In this document: one piece after another, positions 55,200 to 64,000 of the stretch
How positions within the stretch are numbered: position 1 is the first letter of the stretch
Layout: each line of letters begins with the position of its first letter
DNA from: Amoeboaphelidium protococcarum X5
Lineage: Eukaryota; Fungi; Aphelidiomycota
NCBI GenBank assembly: GCA_023515725.1
Contig: JALDTO010000213.1
Location: 318,280-382,279, forward strand
Length of the DNA stretch: 64,000 nt
Direction: 5' to 3'
Translations under genes and position numbers: made by a program
Notes under the pieces: generated by a model
Told to the model about the DNA's origin: nothing
The model's input: the letters and a program-made list of their open reading frames with translations, nothing else
The model's database searches: none

Positions 55200-55388
55200 T
55201 GAGAACTGAAAAGAAGACTATGATGGATGGACGGTGAGGGTGATTCATCGTTTCGATTTCCTCGTACACCGATGCTTCTGTGCGACTCCTTAGCAACCAC
55301 TGTTGATTTTCGGCTAAAACAGTAAATGTAAGACTGATCAGTCTCTCGGTAGCGGCCTAAAATAAATTTTAGGGATAAAGTAATCTAA
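55200..55388 (-). ncRNA. Candidate Fanzor omegaRNA scaffold region
   Basis: Lies immediately 3' of the Fanzor stop. Contains hairpin CCTAAAAT-TT-ATTTTAGG (55356-55373) and palindrome AGACTGATCAGTCT (55331-55344). Position matches known Fanzor omegaRNAs; boundaries are a guess. Confidence 0.3.
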
Positions 55389-56882
55389 TCATCTAGTTTA
55401 TTCCATTGGAAAGTTTCCACCATTCGTACTCATTGTTAATCCAACTCTCAATATATTGGCTCCCCCTAAAACATCTCCGTTGATAGTCTAGTTGCAATGA
55501 TGACAAGTAACTTCGTCGAGCTTCCCTGATCTCCTTCTCTTTACTGGCTGCAAATCATGATAGCAATGCTTCGATGTGCCTTTCTCATGTGTAACAATGA
55601 TTCGACCTAGCTGACGGAGACATGCCAATAATTTTTAGATTGGAGGATGAAAATGGTGTCCTCTCAGGTATCTCCTTCCATATCTTGACGTTCCTCCAGT
55701 TCCCCAGAAGATGATTGTCTTGTCCTTCTACTAATGACTGAAGTTAGCCAATCCCAACAGTTACACAGCCTTGTCCATCATTAGTCTCCCCTCCACTTTT
55801 AATATGGTAAATTTGGACTTTTAAGTAGACAGATCCAGATGAGATGGCATCCTCTAATTGGTTTTAGCGGCAGCATCTTTTGACTTAAGTAAGCAGTCCT
55901 CCAGAGTAAAGCAGTATCTAGGCTGGGCCCACCGGTCTTTGGCACGCTCTCTGTCGTAAGGCCTTGATCTCCCATGCAGCTCATGGTAGTAATCGTCAGT
56001 CACTAACATGACGGATTCTAGATCTTAAGGACTGCTAGCCACCAAATTTTGCAGCGCATTATGCTCATCAGTGGCCCTGATCCCTACACTGGTTGCCATG
56101 TTAATGACTCCAGGATCAACACCAATAAATTTCAACGATTTGTCTTGGATGTCCAGTTAAGTAAAGTTGTTGTCATTAAGCCATTGATAATTTTGTCGCG
56201 GCTGATCTACCTCAGGCTCGTCCGCCTCCTCTTCGACCTCTAACTGCAAGTCTTCTTCTTAATGATCATATATGTCAACATCCTCGTCGTCTTCATCTGA
56301 ATACTCCTTCAATAAAGTGTCATCAGGACAGTGCCCGCCAGGACACGATGACTGCTGAATCGAAGACTTGCTGCGAGCATACAGCTGCTTCAACGACTTT
56401 CTTTTCGTGCCTGATTTGGATGCGGCAGTCTACTAGAGTGTCAGGGAGCTTTTCTAATCAGTTGACAAGCTTCTACTGGAGGTAGCTACTGGAGGTAAAA
56501 CTGCTTTGCTCGAACTAGCCACCAAAGAGAAGGGGACAAACGGTGTCTTATCACGTTAAACTTCGGTCGTCACGGCAGGGTGCCATTCGATTGTAAACCG
56601 TTCATCTTAAGCGGGATCCAAGACTTCAGATGGCGCAGGTATGGAGACACTGTACAGATCTGCTTTGAATTCTTTCATTATATGGTCGCCCATGATAATA
56701 TCACCAAAGTAGAACTTAGATCTTAATTTATGCATGTTATCCATCCTATTACCGCCGAAAATCTAAGACATCTTTCCAACTGTCTTGCTTAGAGGGATAT
56801 GAAAGTGTGCCAGTTTATACTCAGGCAGTTTATTGAACATTGGCAGCTGATTCTGGCGGAAATAGAGCTGGAGAAATCTCAT
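55389..56882 (-). CDS. Fanzor1-type (TnpB-derived) RNA-guided RuvC nuclease, C-terminal 497 aa open; N-terminus frameshifted
   Basis: RuvC-I FIGVDPG (Asp 56115-56117), then IIFWGTG, RuvC-II IIVTHEKGTSKHC (Glu 55584-55586), Zn-finger CHHC, and RuvC-III INGDVLGGANILRVG (Asp 55473-55475). Upstream are FNKLP..HI and FKADLYSVSI (TDGxSxS-like) segments. No in-frame TGA; about 10 in-frame TAR codons. Confidence 0.85.
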
Positions 56883-57646
56883 CACGCGCAGAAATTAGAA
56901 CCATGCCACGACTTACAATCACTCAAAATCAAATCATTGATGCTCTGCCACGGGACATGGAGGAAGCAAAAGAATTGAGCTGTGGCTTCATTGCGGTCAG
57001 ATACATCTTTAAAAATCATCCCCATGCCAATGTCAATAATCTTCTCGTATACTGCACGGCAAATATTGTTTATATCTTAGACAGAGTCGGCATATACGCA
57101 TGCTTCTACGGTTTTAAGAATTATCCAATTGATTCAGCAGTCAATATAACAGAAGACTCTTAATTCAGCCGATCCATCAAGAACTCATATAGCGCATCCC
57201 ACTGTAAAGATTTAGCAGCATCAATCAGACTAAGCTCTTTTCTAGAATACTTAACCAGTCTATCCCCCATAGTAACCTTAACTAAAGTGAATCATAGCTC
57301 ATACTAACACTAGATAATTTTCCTGACTGCCAGTCTTATAAATGACATTCGTGCTCACTATATCAAACTATTAGGAGGCATAAAAAACTTTTTAGCCAGA
57401 GCACTGCCTACTCAGATGAGACATGATTATATGGAGTGCTTCTCCCCTCATCCAATGATCTGAATCGAAATCACGTAATAGATCCGCGCGATTTATCACT
57501 TGGGCCAAGTCCACTATTTCACCATCCTAGTTAGTGTGTTCGTGGTCTCTTTACACATTGGAAGATAGATGGCTTTCTTATACAGGCAAGGACGTCTCGG
57601 CTGATTCCTTGGTTTGATAAATTTGAACAGATGAGCTATCTTGCAT
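56883..57646 (-). pseudogene. Frameshifted N-terminal portion of the Fanzor ORF (possible Ulp1-like remnant at the extreme N-terminus)
   Basis: Overlapping open frames (57646-57300, ~57290-57110, ~57130-56890) connect by small frameshifts to the RuvC ORF. ...SDCKSWH/QFLRVMRFLQ...FNKLP reads through the last junction. Confidence 0.5.
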
Positions 57647-58027
57647 AAGAATCCAGCAAAAGCAAAATTTCAGCCTCTGTTTATAGAATTCTTCGATCGC
57701 AGCTGCTTATGCTCTTGTGCCAACTAGGACTGGGCACCCGAGGTAGTCGTTTTTAGCAAACAGAACTACCCCATCGGCGTGGGCTTAAAAAAAAGATCGT
57801 AAACAAAGCAATCACTTAGAAGATTTACCTTGGCCAAGACTGCAGCTTTCTGCTTTGAAAGTTCATTTCAGGCGATGCAATATGTTAAAAAGCATTGAAG
57901 CAAAATTTCTAAATGGACCAAGTTCTGAAAACATACCGGAAAAATTGCTCTGTGGATCTTAACACGCTAAATTGCTCTCAAGTTGTACTTTAAGTAGTAC
58001 GCCTCCGGAAAATTTTGCCGATTTTAG

Positions 58028-58110
58028 GTCGACATACCAAAGTGGTCTACTGGGGTTGACTCGAAATCAACTGCCCTCTGGGCGCGCAGGTTCAAATCCT
58101 GCTGTCGACG
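58028..58110 (+). tRNA. tRNA-Ser(CGA)
   Basis: GTCGACA/TGTCGAC acceptor stem, anticodon arm GTTGA-CT CGA AA-TCAAC, long variable arm and GGTTCAAATCC, followed by a T-rich Pol III terminator. Confidence 0.94.
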
Positions 58111-58314
58111 TTTAATTTTTTGTCTCTCTAGATAGGGACGCCGTAATGCAATATCCATATCTGAACATGAACCGACTCTTTGGATGGAAATGACGTTTGT
58201 AACGAGGCTAATCTATATTTAGATGGCGGCATGTGAAAATTTCCCTCTCACGGTGTTATAACTCCTCATTAAAATTGCATACTTTTAAAATTAAACGCAT
58301 TATAAGCAACAAAA

Positions 58315-59412
58315 ATGCTGGCCATCAATTTGCAGCCTTTTAATCCAGTCGCTATATCAGTGGAAGTTGCCTTCGTCGTAGTTGCCTTGGCTTTAGCTGT
58401 TGGTCAGCACTATCGCGCGGTCGAAACAAAGACTTAGATATAACGCCTAATGGCTTTAAGCGCTACTGGCACTCTACTATGCGCTGTAATCAAATTGTCA
58501 AAGGAGTTTATCATCTAGCCATCTGGCGACAATGGATTATACTATGCTCTATGGACCGCGGGTGAGATTCTATACACCATCAATGTGATAATGTACGAGA
58601 CTATTGTCATTTTGAGATTAAAGTCATTCACGTGGTTGTATCACAGTTCAAATTTGGTGTCAACCGGACTTTGGATGCCACTGATAGCATTAGGAGGACT
58701 GTATATTGGTATAGTATCTTCGCTATACAGTTACTAAATCTTTCCAACAATTTACTTTACGACGCGTATCTATTGGGTGGTATTTTATTGCTACATTGGA
58801 TTGCTTGATACTGCTTCAGGTCTGATTTCTTTAAAGATTGTGCTAGATATTAAGAAGGATACATTGGGTTCCAAATAAGATAAAAAGAAAGCCTCCGAGT
58901 ATTTAAAAAAGTCAGTCATTCCACTTGTAATCAAGACACTGATTATCGTGGTGGTAGAGCTGATGTGTGGAGTATCGGCGTGTTTCTTTGCTTGGCCAGC
59001 GGGGCAGTTGATGTCAGATGACTTGGTGGCTGATTAGAGCATGGCACTGAGTTTGCATTCTCGTATTGCCATTGTTGATCTGTGCCTAATGTTTTGCACA
59101 TTCTGGTCTCATGCCTTCTTCAGCGTCTTGATGTAACTAGTCACTTTGAGGCCTGATGGTACTTAGCCACAGAGAAAAACGTAGTAAAAATCCAAAGCCA
59201 AGTCCAAGGCAAAGAATGCAACGACTGATGATTCCGAGTCCACGCCTGATGATATTGCAGCAAGTGTTATGAAGACGGGAGCTTACTTTGATCAGATCAG
59301 TATCTTACCGGTTGCGAAAGTTGCTCCCAACTAATTACAAGATACTGAGATGACAGTGGATGGAGACGCAAAGTAAAATCTTCATCGTGATACTATTGAT
59401 GAAATTGTTTGA
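58315..59412 (+). CDS. Seven-transmembrane (GPCR-like) protein, 365 aa
   Basis: TAR=Gln ORF with about 7 hydrophobic helices, a Lys-rich loop between helices 5 and 6, and a hydrophilic C-tail. Absent from the ORF track. Confidence 0.75.
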
Positions 59413-59532
59413 TTAAAAAAATTTATATATTGATGCAGTGGAATTTCTACTATGGTGAGACTTTACAGCTTAATGGAAACGCCTTCCTCTTTCTTTTCTC
59501 TCTTTGAACAAACTGAAACGAAAAACGCGCAA

Positions 59533-61347
59533 ATGTTTCGATAGACTAAGCGCGTCATACGTCAGATCAGACATAGCTCTGTTAGTAGTAATAGTGCTGT
59601 ACAATAATAGAGTATTGATTCCTCAATTCATCCTAATCTGTCTCCTAAATACTAAAACATTTTAATACGTAATGGTATCAAGGAGTTATTCCCGATCCAG
59701 AAGTAGACCTTTGATATCATCATGGATGGCAAGGATCTGATTGCAAGAGCCAAGACTGGAAGTGGAAAATCGCTGGCGTTTCTACTTCCTATTGGCTAGA
59801 TTCTGTAAAACTCTGCTAGTGTCAATAAGAGAGATTTTGCACCTAGATCTATGATCCTGTGCCCAACGCGTGAGCTTGCTACTCAGGTTCATGACGTGGC
59901 TGCAAAGTTTTTGCCTGATTTGAAAAGTGCTTGTATTTATGGTGGCGTCGGATATGGCCCGCAAGTCAACGCGCTAAGATCGGCTGATATATGTATTGGC
60001 ACTCCTGGGCGAATAGTTGACTTGCTAGACAGCAATAAGTTTAATTTGAGTTAGGTGTAATTACTCTGCCTGGATGAGAGTGATTACATGTTGGATATCG
60101 GCTTTGAGGAGTAATTGGAGTAGATTCTGGGTTTGATAAAGAAGCATAAAGCTTCCACTTCCAACGCGACAGAACATTAAACTTTGCTATTTAGTGCAAC
60201 TATGCCCACGTGGGTGAAATAGGCTGCCAGAAAGTTCTTTCGCCCTGGTTATACCACAATCGATCTGGTTGGATAAGAGAATAATGCTCCATCAAGTATA
60301 AAGTATCTTGCTATCCCTTGTAAGAAGGACAGATAGCTGTCATCGTTGATTGATATACTGGCTCTTCATTATACTGGAACTTGGTAGCACACACGACCGG
60401 AAGACGCCGCTCTTAATGGTGGTGGCCAAAGTGCCAACAAAGATTAGATTCTGATATTTACACAGACCAAGAAGGAAGCTAATGAGGTTGCCACAAAACT
60501 GCATCAGGCAGCAAGCTCATTCTTTGCTCATAAATTGAATGTTGCTGCCTTGCATAGTGATCTCGGCCAGCGTGAACGTGATGAGACTCTGCAATAGTAC
60601 AGAGATGGTAAATTGAATGTCCTTGTGTGTACTGATGTGGCTAGTCGTGGCCTTGATATCAAGAATGTAAACATGGTTGTCCAAATGGGTCCTCCAGATA
60701 ATGTGGAGTCTTTCGTACATAGAAGTGGTAGAACTGGTCGCGCTAATAACTTTGGAACTAATGTCACTCTCTTTGATCCATCATAGTCCAACGATAGACG
60801 CAAGAGTGTTAGATATGGCAGAGGAGGAGGATCTGGTTCTGGCAGCAGAGATTTCAACAAGCTAATAGAGATTGAGAAGGACACCAAGATTGTCATGGAT
60901 TACGTGTCTGTTCCAACCAAATAAGAAGTAATGAGTGCATCATTGGAGACCACAATTATCCCTTAGGTGATGGCCAATCTTTAGGATGATCTAGCTGGGT
61001 ACATGGATCACACTCGAACATTGCTGACTGCTTGTGGAATGCAAGAGTTGCAAGATTAAAAGTCTTCTGCTCTCGTGGCGGCCATGATCAAGTCTCTGAC
61101 TAATGATTTACTCACTACTAATCATGATGGTGATTAAGATGATATGTCTTAGTTTTAGGCAATCAAAGAACAGAGCTCTTAATATAATCAGCAGCTGTAA
61201 AGAGGTGGCAGATCTGGCAAAGATTATAATAACAACAGTTATTACGGAGGCTAGAAGAAGGGCGGATTCAGTAAAAGTTATGGCTCTCCAAAGCACTCCA
61301 ACTCTGGTTCAAAGTAAAAGTATCGCGCAAAAGATTACTCATACTGA
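59533..61347 (+). CDS. DEAD-box RNA helicase (DDX21/organellar RH-like), probably mitochondrial, 604 aa
   Basis: LFPIQ, AKTGSGKS, PTRELA, TPGR, DESD, SAT, TDVASRGLDI and HRSGRTGR. Arg-rich presequence and Gly/Tyr/Gln-rich tail. Confidence 0.92.
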
Positions 61348-61536
61348 TTTTTTTCATTATTGACAAGTAATAGATTTTATAGTTATAATCTTTTGTCTTG
61401 ATGTTAGTGTTCTCTCACATACTTTCATCAAGATTACGCTTTCGAATCTTGTTTTATCGCTAGAGTTTGTGAATTGCACCTAGTTTTGTATAACTCTTAT
61501 TTTGATTATACCTTACATCAACATCTATTGATTATA

Positions 61537-62257
61537 ATGAATGTTTATATTTTCGCTTTTGTCGCGTAGGCTATAATGAATCCTTTGCTATGGAATATAG
61601 CTGCCAGGTATGGAATGTATGCTACTATTGACTATAATATGAGTGTTGCGTGTTTGTAGATCTGAGTATAGAACGCATTGGCTCAGTAAATGTGTCGGCG
61701 ACAAGTACAGGTAAGTTGCCATGAGAATTGAACTTTAAGAATCACTTATAATTTGTAGAGGTTGTTACATACTAGCGTTTTGTATATTTGTTGCCGGCAT
61801 ATGGCGTGATTATCTGTACAAGTTGGCATTGGAGTCTATGCACAGCGATAGATACTTGATGCAGTTTGAACACGTACCATTAATTGGAGCGGTCCTTATT
61901 GCCATCGGTAACGTGTTTGTATTGTCTTCAATGTATTAGCTGGGCATAACTGGAACTTATTTGGGCGATTATTTTGGAATTTTGATGTCTCATAGAGTAA
62001 CAGCGTTCCCCTTCAATGTGATGAATAATCCAATGTACAATGGTTCAACTTTGGTCTTTCTAGGCACCGCTCTCTGGTATTAGAAAGTGACTGGCATTTG
62101 GTTATCAGTGTTTGTGTTCTTTTTGTACAAAGTTGCTCTATCCTATGAAGAGCCATTCACTGCAATGATTTACGCGTAGAGAGATGGTGGTAAATCGAAC
62201 AAGAGTTACTCTAATGGTACCAGACAGTCGCCGCTTTAGAACAAGAAAACGAAATGA
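61537..62257 (+). CDS. OPI3: Phospholipid (phosphatidyl-N-methylethanolamine) methyltransferase, Opi3/PEMT (two introns ending 61659 and 61758)
   Basis: [47 protein letters not shown] and EEPFTAMIY. Confidence 0.93.
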
Positions 62258-62316
62258 TTTATTATTGACATTAATAAATATGGCTCAATGTATTATTAAC
62301 ATTCTTCTTAATTCAG

Positions 62317-62800
62317 TCAGTCAGTCATTGCGAATAATGATAATGTGTAATCACATTGTTCCATGTCCATCTTGAACGTCCATCTGTGATTAAACGGATT
62401 TGGTGAAGCGACAGTGAACGAACTCCTCTGAACAGCATTCAAACACCAGTCCAGCTCAGAATCTCTATTGGCAAAAAATCTACGCGGAGACTCTTACAAC
62501 CATACATACTTACAAGCGGGAAACACATCATTAATCAGCACATTGTACTCTTGTGGGCATTATTCACGGAATTCTGTCAAAATGCTTTTCCTCTCCGCGT
62601 CCACCAATTCATATGCTTCAAATGACCACGGAGACTTTAACACCAAGTACGCATCTACATTGCAATATATTTATTAGTCAAATCATCGCTCAAGATATAG
62701 TGTATACTGTAGAATCCATACATTTGCTTGAATTTACAAGGCTAATCAGTGCCACAATTATCAATAGTAATAGCTACATCTGTTGCATTTTAATAACCAT
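62317..62800 (-). CDS. Small secreted hypothetical protein (intron 62655-62721)
   Basis: Signal peptide-like LLLLIIVALISLVNS. The GTATGG..TGTAG intron keeps the frame; 4 Cys. Confidence 0.65.
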
Positions 62801-63033
62801 TGGTACGGAGTTTATTGTTATCTTCGCTGCAAATGGTAAGCGACGCGCGCGACTGGGCGAAAGTTAAAATGTTCGATCTGCAGCCACTCACTCCGCGCTT
62901 TTGTCTCCGGTTGAAGTTTGGAGGTGAAAGACCTGCGGATCAATTGCATATTCACTCCATAGCTTTTCAATACTTGAATTGATAATTTCTCTTTAGTAAA
63001 ATAAAGCTAGCTTCTGCACTTGGTATTAGCGAC

Positions 63034-64000
63034 ATGGTGGATAAGTAGTAGACTCCCTCTCCGTCATCTTCTTAATCCTAGAACTATCCGTGGAGTAAGC
63101 CTCAGACAGTGTTCATTGTGGCAAAGCTGAGTGATCCGTCGCTGGTGGACAAGGTGCGTAATGTCGCTGAAATTTTATGTTGCCGTTTTGATTGTATTGT
63201 ATATATTGAAGATGTTCTATATGAGCAGATGCACTCACCGCCGCTGTTGCCTGAATGCAAAGATAAATGGTCATAGAACGTGAAGGCTTGGAATGCCCAC
63301 TAATTGAGAAAGTAAACTTGCCCGCCCAATATTCCACATATTCCTTCTACTGTTATACCATCAAGTCCTGATCATGATAATAATAACAATCAGGATTCTA
63401 TTCCAAATGGCTAATTATAACAACTCAGCGATAGCGATCAAGATCCATGGTAGTAGGAATAGATACAGTAAAAGTACTACTGCAAACATGATATATCGCT
63501 GACTTAGAGTCGGTGTCCGCATGAGATTATAGATCTGATTATTACACTCGGCGGTGATGGAACTGTTCTATATGCATCGTGGCTATTCCAAGATCAAGTA
63601 CCGCCAATTCTGCCATTCCATCTGGGTTCTCTAGGATTCCTGACTGTATTCTAATACTCTGAACTGGAGTGTATACTGGACTGGGTCATGCGTGAACAGC
63701 CTGAACGTGGCTCTATTGGCATATCTTATCGCATGCGATTAACGTGTGAAGTTTATCGTTAAAAGACTGTGCGAACACCTGGTCTTACACGACATGTCAC
63801 TTTAGCTAATCCGCTGGAGAAGTTTGGGTGTCCTGTGAAATAATAATAATCCAGCTCTGATTACTTGCGGTCTTAGGAACAGAATACTTAGGATCAGTCG
63901 CAATGTTGTATACCTCCTATTCCGGATGAATCGTTTTAGATACTGAATGACATTGTAGTTGATCGAGGTCCTTCAGCCTATATATCCACGCTGGAACTGT
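63034..64000 (+). CDS. NAD(H) kinase, 3' end outside window
   Basis: [35 protein letters not shown] and [14 protein letters not shown]. Confidence 0.93.

Larger units (their letters stand above)
53021..58027 (-). mobile_element. tRNA-flanked 5-kb island with Fanzor ORF and degenerate ORF remnants (element ends not defined)
   Basis: No intact host genes, broken reading frames on the minus strand, a Fanzor-type RuvC ORF and GC-rich hairpins. Bounded by the 5' ends of two tRNA-Ser genes. Confidence 0.5.

Noticed and set aside
56868-56916. GTAAGT..CTAAT..CTCCAG intron that might repair the Fanzor frameshift
   Set aside because: Splicing it does not restore the RuvC frame, it would delete a Fanzor-like segment, and the acceptor is not TGTAG.
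53021-58027. Terminal inverted repeats/TSD or a CRISPR-like array for the Fanzor island
   Set aside because: I found no convincing TIR+TSD pair or regularly spaced repeats by eye, only short matches (a 13-bp inverted repeat without TSD, and the GTTGAAACCA tandem at ~55088-55108).
63154-63228. Apparent GTGCGT..CAG intron in NAD kinase
   Set aside because: The segment is open in frame and reads as plausible coding sequence ([19 protein letters not shown]), and the acceptor is not TGTAG.

Overview
This is a gene-dense eukaryotic, early-diverging fungal-like (holomycotan) window that uses a non-standard nuclear code: TAA and TAG encode Gln and only TGA is a stop. The supplied ORF track is therefore fragmented. 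Re-read by hand with translation table 6, the window gives about 33 genes: two telobox/TRF-like Myb proteins, an RGS protein, a SAM-LRR protein, DNAJC2, a vWA protein, a SIM-RING ligase, GCDH, a membrane-anchored GH5, secreted Cys-rich proteins, Cdc16, FUN14, two TM-kinase paralogues, CARMIL with a C-terminal CH domain, tandem SCP2, RPS4, COX17, TIP30-like, b5-ACAD, IMPDH, peroxiredoxin, a stand-alone Chs5_N, a 7TM protein, a DEAD-box helicase, PEMT and NAD kinase. There are also two tRNA-Ser genes and a hAT-type MITE. The code plus gene content suggests an aphelid such as Amoeboaphelidium (inference). The most notable feature is a Fanzor1-type (eukaryotic TnpB/OMEGA) RNA-guided nuclease ORF at 55389-56882 on the minus strand. 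It retains the RuvC D-E-D triad, is written in the host TAR=Gln code (so standard ORF calling misses it), is followed by hairpins that could be its omegaRNA, and sits in a 5-kb island bracketed by two divergent tRNA-Ser genes. All 18 introns I called end in TGTAG, and the long RPS4 intron carries both U17/snR30 motifs. All translations and family assignments were made by eye, with no database searches.
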